Assembly: GCA_964016885.1 (NCBI GenBank)
Contig: OZ024740.1
Span: forward strand, 150,412,001 to 150,476,000
Reading direction: 5' to 3'
Source of the DNA: Eledone cirrhosa
Taxonomy: Eukaryota
DNA length: 64,000 bases
Both the position numbers and the translations under genes were made by a program. The notes under the pieces are model-generated. The model did no database searches and was not told where the DNA came from. It saw only the letters and a list, made by a program, of their open reading frames with translations. Shown here piece by piece: positions 28,141 through 42,184 of this stretch. Within the stretch, counting starts at the first letter, position 1. The number at the start of each line of letters is the position of its first letter.

Positions 28141-28610
28141 TCTGTATATATATATATATGGGAGTGAGTCATTAATTATCCGCAATGCACTTATAATTTT
28201 TATGCTATTGACGGGGAAATTTGTTTCTAGCGAGTCACTAAATGTGGTCTCCTTCTAATCACTAGGGTGTAGGTTTGAAATGTCAATTAATTTGTCGTCG
28301 TTGTTACGTTACCCATGGCCCCGCGAAAGAACATCGTTTAGTGATCCATTTTATTTTTCATTATATTTTTTGAAATCTATTACTACAGTAGAACAGATCT
28401 ACTATATTGCTAGTGCGATTATATTTTAAAATGGTCTCATTTCTCTCCAATGAGGAATATATTAAAAACAATTTTAACAATTTCTTAAAAATTCAATCAA
28501 CATCACACAAAACGTTTCGATGCCATATTTTATTTAAATAATATGTATTATTAAGAAAGTCATAAGGAACATATACACGTACATACAGAAATATATACAT
28601 ACATACTTAG

Positions 28611-29220
28611 ATGGTGGCTGCCAACTCGTTTTCGAGTACGGCCACTACTTTATATCCATGTAGGAGAACCCCTACCGATGCGCTAAACAATTGTGACTTT
28701 TTAGTCCAGCCAGCGACTTGAAAACTCTGGTACAAACACTACACTTGTGACAATTATTGACACATAGTGCTGGGCCCATGGTACCATGTAACGACAAGTG
28801 CAGAGAGATCTCCAGATATAAAGCAATGCCTGTGCCGTGAAGCTTTTATAGTGAGCAAAGGTACTGCACAAAGCCAGTCCCACTCTCTTAACCAAGATGA
28901 TATTTACCAAAAAGAATAACAAGTCAACATCATTGGATACCATCAGGGTTGCAGGTATTATATCAGAGTTTTCCTTCTCCTAGAATTCTGCTTTGACAAA
29001 GGCTAAGGGGTCATCTCTCCCGGTGATTTTGGATGGCCATTGACTCTTAAGAGCTTCTTTGCCCTTTGACAGGTTTTGTTTTTAGTCCTGCAGGATGTCC
29101 AAAGTCACCCTCCTCGCCAAGAAACCTTGGTGGGGTTGCCAGTTTAGTCGCCAACGATCCGATCATGAGACAGGTTGTACTGGGATACATGTTACTAGTA
29201 GCACCAACTGGTGACCTGAC
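28611..29220 (-). mobile_element. Family X non-coding retroposon, full copy
   Basis: Reverse complement of 47688-48297. Flanked by (ATAC)n. Confidence 0.9.
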
Positions 29221-29253
29221 ATACTTAGATACATACATACATACATACATACA

Positions 29254-29311
<58 letters not shown>

Positions 29312-29349
29312 TGTATGTATGTATGTATGTATGTATGTATACATACATA

Positions 29350-29700
29350 TATAACACCTGCAACCCTGATGGTAGCTAATGATGTTGACTTGTTCTTCTT
29401 TTTGGTAAATATCATCTTGTTTAAGAGAGTGGGACTGGTTTGTGCAGTGCCTTTGCTCACTATAAAAGCTTCACGGCACAGGCATTGCTTTATATCTGAA
29501 GACCTCTCTGCACTTGTCATCACATGGTACCATGGGCCCAGCATTATGTGTCAATAATTGTCACAAGTGTAGTGTTTGTACCAGAGTTTTCAAGTCGCTG
29601 GCTGGACTAAAAAGTCACACTCGTTCAGCGCATCGGTAGGGGTTCTCCTACATGGATATACAGTAGTGGCCGTACTCGAAAACGAGTTGGCAGCTACCAT
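29350..29700 (+). mobile_element. Family X, 5'-truncated copy
   Basis: ataacacctgcaaccc..gagttggcagctaccat(gtat)n. Confidence 0.88.
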
Positions 29701-29726
29701 GTATGTATGTATGTATGTATGTATGT

Positions 29727-30169
29727 ACAAAGGGCGGAAGAACTCATAAGAGTCAATGGCCATCCAAAAATGTGTAAATATGTATATTTATGTATGCATG
29801 TGTATGTATATGCACGGGGACATAGAAATAATCGGGCTGGATACCCAATCGCGCGGTTAAACCACTGGGGGTGAAGGACCCATGGCCTTTGTCAGGGTAT
29901 TCTTCTAGGAGAAGGCAATTCAGGAAACTGGGATAACTCCGACATAAAACCCGTGGCTCAGTAGTTACCGTTGATGTTGATCTTTTCTTCTTTTCGGGTT
30001 ATAGCTACTGTTGCTCAGAGAGTGAGATTTGTTACTGCACAGTCATTCCTCACTTAAAAAAAAAATCTTCACCACAGGCATTGCACGATAGCATTAATTG
30101 ATAACTATTAATAATGTTATATCGTGCAATGGCCATACTCGATATCGAGGGGGGAGGGGGCAGCCATCA
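29727..30169 (+). mobile_element. Family Y, 5'-truncated copy
   Basis: Matches 50798-51255. Confidence 0.88.
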
Positions 30170-30219
30170 TGTATATATGTATGTATGTATGTACATATGT
30201 ATGTATGTATGTATGTTTG

Positions 30220-30720
30220 TATGTTCCTTTGGCTTTTAATTTTCACCAAGAGCCAATTTACAACACAGAAACAAGACACATTCATTGGAATTTAGACATC
30301 ATCTAGGTATTTACATATGTCTCTCCATATATATGTGTGTGTGTGTGTAGGTATGGATATTATTGCATGTGAGGATTGATATAGTTTGAGCTATAGATAT
30401 AGACGTGCACATGTTTCTGTATCTGTACGTATGCATGTGCACTTACTATAAGCTGAATTTCTTTGTTTTACCTATTTTTACAGTTCCATTCTCAACTAGC
30501 CGTGACATTTCTGGTTCTGTGAAGCCCAGCTTTACAAGATTTGTGCTGAGGCATGTAATAACTTATCTTAGAGCACCAAATATCACAGGTACAAATCTAA
30601 ATGTATAGCCAGAGTGCAGAATCTGTAGGTTCCTCGTTCGTTCGGTATAGATAATCTCCTTTCCGTTAATCTTCAACTCTACATTAGATCTGATAGGTAG
30701 ATAGTATTGCAATGACATCT
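30220..30720 (-). mobile_element. R4/Dong-clade LINE 3' fragment
   Basis: Minus RNLQILHSGYTFRFVPVIFGAL..LGF, homologous to 46975-47425. Ends in (CATA)n. Confidence 0.7.
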
Positions 30721-30742
30721 TCGAACAGCTGCTTATGATAAG

Positions 30743-30769
<27 letters not shown>

Positions 30770-30773
<4 letters not shown>

Positions 30774-30870
30774 ACATGGCGTGCTGCGTGGTTGCAAATA
30801 GGTTACATATGAATAAATTTAGTCCTTCATCAGTGATCTTCCAGCCTTCATTGGTATTTCATCGCTTTAT
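30770..30870 (-). repeat. Family B fragment
   Basis: gttgcaaataggttacat..gtccttcatcagtg..tttcatcgcttta. Confidence 0.75.
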
Positions 30871-30871
30871 A

Positions 30872-31237
30872 TATAAACGTTTGGAGTTGGAAGGCCAAGA
30901 CAATGCGGGTATGGATATAGAATATAAATACAAATGCAAAAGATATTGTTGACAATTAGTCTTTTACCTTAAATTTATATGAATATCATTAATTTTCAAG
31001 ATAATATCTCTTCTTCGGAGGGAAGTAAAGGGGTTAATCCAGTGTTCTAAGTAGCTAATTAGAACACTGGATTAACCCCTTTACTTCCCTCCGAAGAAGA
31101 GATATTATCTCGAAAATTAATGATATTCATATAAATTTAAGGTAAAAGACTAATTGTCAACAATATCTTTTGCATTTGTATTTATATTCTATATCCATAC
31201 CCGCATTGTCTTGGCCTTCCAATTCCAAACGTTTATA
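30872..31237. repeat. Near-perfect 366-bp palindrome
   Basis: About 179-bp arms with loop gtagctaa at 31051-31058. The right arm has CCGAAGA-agagat att atctc-GAAA. The right flank matches the reverse complement of 62654-62705. Confidence 0.93.
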
Positions 31238-31291
31238 CCTCATTACGCAATGCTTCAAGTGAACTACAACTTCCTCCACACACTCACATAT

Positions 31292-31360
<69 letters not shown>

Positions 31361-31367
<7 letters not shown>

Positions 31368-31398
31368 CCACAATGCTTCAAGCAAACTTCAATACTCT

Positions 31399-31450
<52 letters not shown>

Positions 31451-31488
31451 AGAGTATTGAAATTTGCTTGACGCATTGTGGAATAATA
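31361..31488. repeat. Inverted repeat around (TA)n
   Basis: tattattccacaatgc..caatactctctta and taagagagtattg..gcattgtggaataata. Confidence 0.8.
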
Positions 31489-32121
31489 AAAAATTTGGTC
31501 GTTTTGGAAGCCTCAACAATGCAGATGGGTAAATCTCCGTTACAGATGGGTAAATCTCCGTGTAACAAAATCCGGTGGTGAAGAGCGAGATGTAAGAGGA
31601 AATGTAGAATGAGATGTATAGTGTGTAGAGGAACGTAAAAAAGAGCGTAAAAATAATAAAAATAATAACACGAGATAGAGTTACCTTGGGATAGATTTAA
31701 TTGTCCCTATATTTCGGATTTCACATCCATCAACTGGGGGTTTTTCCGAGGGAGAAAGTTATCTGTCGGAGAGGAACGGTTCGTGGTCTCTGTTGATTGA
31801 CACATATATATATTTAAAATAAACACACGAAATAATCACAGGGGATAATTTGTAAAGTGTGTAAGCACACACAGCTAGGTAGGTAACTAACGCATCTCTC
31901 TCGGACATAACACCCTTAATTTAATTTTGGATATATATATTCCACTGATTGACCTCGATGTCACGTGATTGATTCTTTTTGAATTTGCCACGGACGTAGA
32001 GGCAGTGATTTTCTCAATGGCTTGGAATCCAGTCCACGCATCGCTATTTCCATTCCACTGAATTATTTTTTTAATAAGTTTCCAGTGTCCTCGCTATGCC
32101 TGGAGACCTATACGGAAAATG

Positions 32122-32204
32122 ACTTTCCTGATGACGGAATGATTTTCAATAAGTTTCTTCGGAAAATATATTTACTCCATTCCAGAAACTAATTAGTTGG
32201 AAGT
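32122..32204 (+). ncRNA. Type I hammerhead motif with extended stem II
   Basis: actttc-CTGATGA-c ggaatg..cattcc a-GAAA-ctaattag-TT-ggaagt. Confidence 0.72.
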
Positions 32205-32249
32205 GATTTTTTAGTAAGTAAGTTAATTTTATAATTTTCTTATTTTACG

Positions 32250-32371
<122 letters not shown>

Positions 32372-33045
32372 TTACATGTGTTTATGTGTGCTCACGAGGA
32401 AGGGTTGGCATATATTTGTAGGTAGAATGACAAATAGATAAAAATATTCGTATACAGAAAGGAAAGTATCCGGATGTTGATACAGCTGCACCGTTTTTCA
32501 GCTGCAAACATCAATAGTCATCAAGTTCATTTTGTCTGTAGATTTCTTTGCTCCAGTTTGAATATATATTAAACGACCAGCTTATAAACGACATACACTA
32601 GACCTTGTAAGAAACTATGGTAAGAAAACATATATCCACATGAACAACCTATATATGTAAGAACTGCAGATTATTGCAGCGCATTCCGCTTCAATTCACA
32701 CAACAGTTTTAACTTATTCGCCAACTATTCAAATCTAAACACATTTGCATCACTTAAAGCTGCGTGTACGTGGTCACTTAAACTGCTAAAAATAACAACC
32801 CTTCAAATCACAACCTACCGCCTTAAAAGAGGAAAGAAGATATATTAGACCATGTAGTTTTAGATATTATTTGAAAGAAACAACAACAAACAAACAAACA
32901 AACCAACAAAAACACGCTATATTTATAGCTGGGATACCTTTGGTCATATGTCTGCTCGATTAGAACTTGGAGCTAAACTACAACAGCTATCAACAACAAC
33001 AACAGCTACTACTGCTGCTGCTGATGATGATGATGATGATGATAC

Positions 33046-33081
<36 letters not shown>

Positions 33082-33169
33082 CACCATCACCACCACTACT
33101 ACTACCACAATCACCACCACCACCACCACCACCACAACCACCACCACCACCACCACCACCACCACCACC

Positions 33170-33224
<55 letters not shown>

Positions 33225-33234
33225 ATAATAATAA

Positions 33235-33414
33235 TTGTTTCTACTTTAGGCACAAGGCCAGCAATTACCCAGTGCATTACTGGTACTTTATTTTATCGAC
33301 CCCGTAAGGTTGAAAGGCAAAGTCAACCTCGGCGGGATTTGAACTCAGATCGTAAAGGGACGTAACTATGCTGGAAAGCATGGTGTCCGACCCTCCACCG
33401 ATACTGCCAATCCA
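33235..33414 (-). mobile_element. tRNA SINE (short subfamily)
   Basis: Family match, inserted in (ACT)/(ACC) repeats. Confidence 0.88.
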
Positions 33415-34251
33415 ATAATACTTCTACTACTACTACCACCACCACCACCACCACCACTACTACAACAACCACCACCACCACCACCACCACCACCACCACC
33501 ACCACCACCACCACCACCACCACCACCACTACTACTACTACTACTACTGTAATATGTCCAAACTTTAATATAAATATGTTAGCACAACAAACCAAGGAGA
33601 GACCTGGATCGTTTGAATTGCTGCAAATAGCAATTAAATCGACCTCAATCATTAAAAAAAGGGGGAAAGACTCATTGGATAATTAAGTCTCAAAAACACT
33701 GAATAAATACATAATTAGCAGTAGCACTAACACAGCGTGATTCAGGGGCGTATATAGAAGCATATATACAATATGTTTATGTATAATAAATATATATATA
33801 TATACATTACACAACTGTTATTTTAAGCTGTGATCATGCCACATATACCTGAGTAACCGTATTTCAGCATTTTACTCTGTCTTCAGTGACATTTATTCAT
33901 TCGTTATTGAGGCAAGAGAAGTTGATAGCTTATATAGACTTTTGCAAATAACACGTTTATGGAGATGCTTATTCGCACAAAGTGTTGGCTTGGTGTGCTG
34001 GTATTAATTAACAGTAGCATTAATACAGCATGGTTCAAAACAGAGACGAATGTGAAAGCATATACAATATGATTGTTATTTCAGCATGACACTCGTATAT
34101 CTGATCAAGAAAGGGAAAGGTCCTTAATTCTTGATGGAATTGTAGGGGTATTGTCCAGACACACGGTGTGTGTTGAGCATTTAAAACCTGGCGAAGCCTA
34201 CTTCTCGCAAAGTAGGAACTCAGGCGTATTTTTTTCCAGCGAAAGAGAGAG

Positions 34252-34337
<86 letters not shown>

Positions 34338-34720
34338 TTAGAAGGATGAAAGGCAAACTTGACCTCACCGGTATTTATAATCCGACTCCGACGCTCCAAC
34401 GACTCTGCCAATTCGACGTCATTACTTCTGATCAAGACAAGCACAGTACAAACGAATATGTTGACGGCCACAATGTATAGCACTTAACATGTCCTCATTA
34501 CACATTTGTATGTGTATGTATGCGAGCGCAGACACACACACACACTCACGCTCAAAAAATGCTCTTATTGCCATACTATGCCCACATGTCCACACAGCCG
34601 CACTACGCACCCTGCAACATGTTTCAACTACCAGAGGATATGTCCTTACCTACCACATTGCATACCGCACATATTACTATAATATTATAGATCACATATA
34701 TCCTTACTATTGCATTCCAC

Positions 34721-35525
34721 AACCGCACTACACCACCATGTAAGATATTCATGCAATAAACACTATATATATCACCACATTATCACACAGCATCACCACA
34801 CAACATGTCTACAGAATCACACTATATACCACAAATGTTCTCACAACCGCACTACACCACCATGTAAGATATTCATGCAATAAACACTATATATATCACC
34901 ACATTATCACACAGCATCACCACACAACATGTCTACAGAATCACACTATATACCACAAATGTTCTCACAACCGCACTACACCACCATGTAAGATATTCAT
35001 GCAATAAACACTATATATATCACCACATTATCACACAGCATCACCACACAACATGTCTACAGAATCACACTATATACCACAAATGTTCTCACAACCGCAC
35101 TACACCACCATGTAAGATATTCATGCAATAAACACTATATATATCACCACATTATCACACAGCATCACCACACAACATGTCTACAGAATCACACTATATA
35201 CCACAAATGTTCTCACAACCGCACTACACCACCATGTAAGATATTCATGCAATAAACACTATATATATCACCACATTATCACACAGCATCACCACACAAC
35301 ATGTCTACAGAATCACACTATATACCACAAATGTTCTCACAACTGCACTACACCACCATGTAAGATATTCATGCAATAAACACTATATATATCACCACAT
35401 TATCACACAGCATCACCACACAACATGTCTACAGAATCACACTATATACCACAAATGTCCTCACAACCGCACTACACCACCATGTAAGATATTCATGCAA
35501 TAAACATTATATATACCACCACATA
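34721..35525. repeat. Minisatellite, 124-bp unit x about 6.5
   Basis: aaccgcactacaccaccatgtaag recurs at 34721, 34845, 34969, 35093, 35217, 35341 and 35465. Degenerate copies extend to about 36120. Confidence 0.95.
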
Positions 35526-36509
35526 ACCACATTATACGACTATATAAGATGTCCACACAGCTACACTACATACTACAATTGTTCTCACTACAGCACTACA
35601 TCATCAAATAAGATGCCCACACAATACCATACCACATGTCCACACAATCATACTATATACCCAAAATGTTCTCACAACTGCACCACACCACCACACAATA
35701 TATTCATACAGTAAACATTATATATGGCACTACACAAATGTTCTCACAACTGCACTACACCGCCACACAACATATTCATACAATAAACAATATATATGTC
35801 ACCACACTACTACACTACACAAATGTTCCCACAACCGCACCACACCACCACAAGATATCTATACAACAAATACTATATATACCACCACACTACCACACAA
35901 CATGTCCACACAATCATATTATATACCACAAATGTTCTCACGACCACACCACACCACCACACAATATATTCATACAATAAACATTATATATGGCACTACA
36001 CTACCACACTACACCACTACACAACATGTTCACACAACCACACTTCATACCATAACTCATTACCACACTACAGCACCACACAAGGTGTCCATACAACAAA
36101 CAATTATACCACCACATATGTCGCTGCCATCGGTATTAGTGCCACAGACAGGTCGATATTATGGACTGTATTAAATATAATTTTTTTCTTGTGGCTATTT
36201 AAACCTCCTCCTCCTCCTCCTCCTCCTCCTCCTCCTCCTCCTCCTCCTCCTCCTCCTCTTCTTCTTCTTCTTCTTCTTCTTCTTCTTCTTCTTCTTCTTC
36301 TTCTTCTTCTCCTCCTCCTCCTCCTCCTCCTCCTCCTCCTCCTAGTAGAATGTCGATCTGGCTTCCTTTTACACAGAGAAAAAATGGGATGGTCATGGCT
36401 GGATGTCTTTGATTGGAGGTCTTCTAGGTCAGTAATGACCTGGTGTTAAACAACAATAATATAACAACGCACATATCAAAAACACCCAGCCACACCTCCA
36501 TTATCTCAG

Positions 36510-39500
36510 ACACCACCACACCCAGAACCAGCACCAGCACCACCAACACCACCACCACCCCCAGAACCAGCACCAACACCACCAACACCACCATCACCCC
36601 CAGAACCAGCACCAACACCACCAACACCACCATCACCCCCAGAACCAGCACCAACACCACCAACACCACCATCACCCCCAGAACCAGCACCAACACCACC
36701 AACACCACCATCACCCCCAGAACCAGCACCAACACCACCAACACCACCATCACCCCCAGAACCAGCACCAACACCACCAACACCACCATCACCCCCAGAA
36801 CCAGCACCAACACCACCAACACCACCATCACCCCCAGAACCAGCACCAGCACCACCAACACCACCACCACCCCCAGAACCAGCACCAACACCACCAACAC
36901 CACCATCACCCCCAGAACCAGCACCAGCACCACCAACACCACCACCACCCCCAGAACCAGCACCAACACCACCAACACCACCATCACCCCCAGAACCAGC
37001 ACCAACACCACCAACACCACCATCACCCCCAGAACCAGCACCAGCACCACCAACACCACCACCACCCCCAGAACCAACACCAACACCACCAACACCACCA
37101 TCACCCCCAGAACCAGCACCAGCACCACCAACACCACCACCACCAGCACCAGCACCAGCACCACCAACACCACCACCACCACCACCACCACCACCACCAC
37201 CACCACCAACACCACCACCCCCAGAACCAGCACCACCAGCACCACCACCACCAGCACCACCACCACCAGAACCAGCACCAGCACCAGCACCACCAGCACC
37301 ACCACCACCACCAACACCATCACCCCCAGGCCACCACCAGCACCACCACCACCACCAACACCATCACCCCCAGGCCACCACCACCACCACCACCACCACC
37401 AACACCATCACCCCCAGCACCAACAACACCACCAACACCAACACCACCACCACCACCACCAACACCATCACCCCCAGAACCAGCACCAGCACCATCACCC
37501 CCAGAACCAGCACCACCAGCACCACCACCAACACCATCACCCCCAGACCACCACCAACACCGCCACCACCACCAACACCATCACCCCCAGAACCAGCACC
37601 ATCACCCCCAGAACCAGCACCACCACCACCACCAACACCATCACCCCCAGGCCACCACCAACACCACCACCACCACCAACACCATCACCCCCAGCACCAC
37701 CAACACCACCACCACCACCACCAACACCATCACCCCCAGAACCAGCACCACCAGCACCACCAGCACCACCAGCACCACCACCACCACCAGCAACACTACC
37801 ACCACCAGCACCACCACCACCAGCACCAGCACCACCACCACCACCAGCAACACTACCACCACCTACACCACCACCACCAACACCACCACCAACACCACCA
37901 CCACCAACACCACCACCACCTACACCACCACTACCAACACCACCAACACCACCACCACCACCACACCACCACCAACATCACCACCAACACCACCACCACC
38001 ACCACGATCAACACCACCACAATCACCACCACCAACACCACCACCACCACCACCACCACTACCACCACCACCAACACCACCACCACCACCATCAACACCA
38101 CCAACACCACCACCACGATCAACACCACCACAATCACCACCACCACCACCGCCAATACCACCACCACCACCACCACCACCACCACCACCAACACCACCAC
38201 CACCACCATCAACACCACCAACACCACCACCACGATCAACACCACCACAATCACCACCACCACCACCACCACCGCCAATACCACCACCACCACCACCACC
38301 ACCAACACCACCACCACCACCATCAACACCACCAATACAACCACCACCACCAATACCACCACCAGCAACACCACCACCACCACCAACACCAACACCACCA
38401 CCACTAACATCACCACCAACACCTCCAACACCACAACAGCAACACATAAGAATAAGTACCCGCCACCACCATGACGCTGTTGTTTGTTATTGTTGTTTTA
38501 GTTGTTTTTGCTACTGATCTTGTTGTTGTTTTAGTTGTTGTTGCTGGTGATGTTGTTGTTTTAGTTGTTGTTGCTGGTGATGTTGTTGTTTTAGTTGTTG
38601 TTGCTGGTGATGTTGTTGTTGTTTTAGTTGTTGTTGGTGATGTTGTTGTTTTATTTGTTGTTGCTGGTGATGTTGTTGTTTTAGTTGTTGTTTTTGGTGA
38701 TGTTGTTGTTTTAGTTGTTGTTGTTGGTGATGTTGTTGTTGTTTTATTTGTTGTTGCTGGTGATGTTGTTGTTGTTTTAGTTGTTGTTTCTGGTGATGTT
38801 GATGTTGTTGTTGTTTTAGTTGTTGTTGGTGATGTTGTTTTAGTTGTTGTTGCTGGTGATGTTGATGTTGTTGTTTTAGTTGTTGTTGTTGGTGATGTTG
38901 TTGTTTTAGTTGTTGTTTCTGTTGATGTTGTTGTTTTAGTTGTTGTTTCTGTTGATGTTGTCGTTGTTTTAGTTGTTGTTTCTGGTGATGTTGTTGTTGT
39001 TTTAGTTGTTGTTGTTTTAGTTGTTGTTGCTGGTGATGTTGATGTTGTTGTTGTTTTAGTTGTTGTTTCTGTTGATGTTGTCGTTGTTTTAGTTGTTGTT
39101 TCTGGTGATGTTGTTGTTTTAGTTGTTGTTTCTGGTGATGTTGTTGTTTTAGTTGTTGTTTCTGGTGATGCTGTTGTTTCAGTTGTTGTTTCTGGTGATG
39201 TTGTTGTTGTTTTAGTTGTTGTTTCTGTTGATGTTGTCGTTGTTTTAGTTGTTGTTTCTGGTGATGTTGTTGTTTTAGTTGTTGTTGCTGGTGATGTTGT
39301 TGTTGTTGCTGGTGATGTTGTCCCTTATAGACGGTCATATTTATGTAGTTAGTGTTGTTGGTGTTGCCGCTGTTGTTGTAGCTGTAGTTATTGCTAATGT
39401 TGTTGTTGTTATTGCTGCTGCTGTTCTTATTGGTGCTGCTACTGTTGTTCTTATTGTTATTGCTGCTGCCATTGTTATTGTTTTTGTTGTTATTGCTGCT

Positions 39501-39742
39501 GCTATTGTTGCTGCTGTTGTTGTTGTTGCTGATGTTGTTGTTGCTGTTGTTGTTGTTATTGCTGCTGTTGTTGTTGTTATTGTTGGTGTTGTTATTGCTG
39601 CTGCTGTTGTTATTGCTGATATTGTTATTGCTGCTACTGTTGTTATTGCTGCTGCTGCTGCTGATGTTATTGCTAATGTTGTTATTATTGCTGCTGCTGT
39701 TGTTATTGTTGTTATTGTTGTTATTGCTGCTGTTGTTGCTAC

Positions 39743-39794
<52 letters not shown>

Positions 39795-41830
39795 GCTGCT
39801 GCTGTTGTTGTTGTTGCTGCTGCTGTTGTTGTTGTTGGCGTTACTGTTGCTGCTGCTACTGTTGTTATTGCTACTGCTGCTGATGTTGTTGCTAATGTTG
39901 TTATTATTGCTGCTGCTGTTGTTATTGTTGTTATTGTTGTTGTTGTGGTTGTTGTTGTTGCTGCTGCTGCTGCTGTTGTTCTTGTTATTGTTGTTTTTGT
40001 TGCTGTTGTTGCTACTGCTGCTGTTGTTGTTGTTGTTGTTGTTGTTGCTGCTGCTGTTGTTGTTGTTGGCGTTACTGTTGCTGCTGCTACTGTTATTGTT
40101 GTGCTGATGGGAATATCGTTGCTGTCGATGATATTAACGCGGCTGCTGTTGCTGCAGTTTCTGCTACTGCTGCTGCTGCTGATGTGTTGACGTGAATATC
40201 GTTGCTGTCGATGATATTAACGCTGCTGCTGCTGCTACTACTACTGCTGCTGCTGCTGGTGTGTTGACGTGAATATCGTTGCTGTCGATGATATTAACGC
40301 TGCTGCTGTTGCTGCTGCTGTTGCTGCCGCCGCCGCCGCCGCTTCTGTTGCTGTTGTAGTTGCAGTTGTTGCTGTTGTTGTTGTTGCTGTTGTTGTTGCT
40401 GTTGCTGTTGCTGTTGTTGTTGTTGTTGTTGCTGCTACTGATGTTGTTGTTGTTATTGTTGCAGTTGTTGTTGTTGTTGTTGTTATCATTGTTGCTGTTG
40501 CTGCTGTTGTTGTTGTTGTCATTGTTGCAGTTGTTGTTGTTGTTGTTGTTGCTGCTACTGTTTTTGTTGTTGTTACTGTTGTTGTTGTTGTTTCCTATGG
40601 TGGTTATAGTTACTGTTTTGTTTGATCTGACAATATCAAAAGAAGTGTTGCGTGTTGATCTTTCTTTTACAAAGTATTCCTATTATTGTTGCTGTTGTTG
40701 TTATTGCTGCTACCGTAGATGTTGTCTTAGTTGTTGTTATTTTGTTGCTGCTATTGTTGTTGCTGGTGGTGGTGGTTGTGGTGGTGGTGGTGTGGGTGTT
40801 GGTGGTGTGGGTGGTGGTGGTGCTGGAGGTGTTAGTGGTTGTGGTGGTGGTGGTGTTGATGGTGGTGGTGTGGGTGTTGGTGGTGGTGGTGGTGGTGGTT
40901 GTGGTGGTGGTGGTGGTGGTGGTGGTGGTGTTGGTGGTGATGGTGTGGGTGTTGTTGGTGGTGGTGTGGGTGGTGGTGGTGGTAGTGTGGGTGTTAGTGG
41001 TGGTGGAGGTGGTGGTGGTTGTGGTGGTGGTGGTGGTTGTGGTGGTGGTGGTGGTGGTGGTGGTGGTTGTGGTGTGGGTGTTGGTGGTGGGGTGGTGGTG
41101 TGGATGTTGGTGGTGGTGGTGTTGGTGGTGGTGTGGGTGGTGGTGGTAGTGTTGTTGTTGTTGTTGTTGGTGGTGTTGGTTTTGGTTGTGGTGTGGGTGC
41201 TGGTGGTGGTGGTGCTGCTGTTTGTGGTGGTGTGGGTGTTGGTGGAGGGGGTGGTGGTGGTTGGGTGGTGGTGTTGTGGTTGTTGGTGGTGGTGTTGGTG
41301 GTGATGGTGGTGGTGTTGGTGGTGGTGTTGGTGGTGGTGTGGGTGTTGGTGGTGGTGGTGTTGTGGGTGTTGGTGGTGGTGTGGGTGGTGGTGGTTGTGT
41401 TGTTGTTGGTGGTGGTGGTGTTAGTGGTGGTGTTGGTGTTGATGGTGTTGTGGGTGTTGGTGGTGGTTGTGGTGGTGTTGTGGGTGTCGGTGGTGGTGGT
41501 GGTGTCGGTGTTGGTGGTGGTGGTAGTGGTCTGGGTGTTGGTGGTGGTGGTGGTGGTGGTGTGGGTGTTGGTGGTGGTGCGGGTGTTGGTGTTGGTGGTG
41601 TTGTTGGTGTTGTTGGTGGTGGTGTTGGTGGTGGTGTGGGTATTGGTGCTTTTGTGGGTGTTAGTGTTAGTGGTGGTGGTGTTGGTGGTGTTGCTGGTGT
41701 TGGTGATAGTGTGGGAGTTGGTGGTGTTGGTGGTGGTGTGGGAGTTGGTGGTTGTGGTGGTGGTGGTGGTGGAGGTGGTGGTGGAGGTGGTGGTGGTGGT
41801 GTTGGTGGTGGTGGTGGTGGTGTGGTGTTG
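36510..41830. repeat. Compound trinucleotide low-complexity block
   Basis: ACC-rich with a 39-bp unit (36510-38450), then GTT-rich with an about 30-bp unit and GTT/GCT (38470-40600), then GGT-rich (40760-41830). Confidence 0.92.
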
Positions 41831-42014
41831 GTACTTTTGTTATTGTTTGTGGTAGTGGTTGTATCCGTGTCGATTTAATCTTGGCAGTACGACTTATACA
41901 ATTCTGTGGAAGCGGTCTTAATCATCAATTCGGCTTTCTCTTCCTTTTCCTCTTCCTCATGTTTCGTGGCATAGAGTTGCGGCTCTTTACGTTCTCATTT
42001 TCAATGCTGCCGTG

Positions 42015-42140
42015 TTAGCTTTGCCTTTCATTCTTACGGGGTCGATAAAAAAAAATACCAGTCACGCACTGGGGCCGATTTAATCAACTTTCCCCTCCCC
42101 ACAGAACTTGCTGGCCTTGTGCCTATATAAGAAACCACTA
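42015..42140 (+). mobile_element. tRNA SINE 3' part (long subfamily)
   Basis: ctttgcctttcattcttacggggtcgataaa..gctggccttgtgcc. Confidence 0.8.
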
Positions 42141-42184
42141 TTTCTTTTGTCACGCAGTGTAGATGGAAAATGCACTGGAGTATT

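Noticed and set aside
34721-35525. CRISPR-like regular array
   Set aside because: Units are identical with no unique spacers, the context is eukaryotic, and there are no cas genes.
38471-39352. Val-rich ORF with Kozak-like ccaccaccATG, and antisense poly-Q ORF
   Set aside because: The Kozak match arises from the ACC repeat, and the products are implausible repeat translations.
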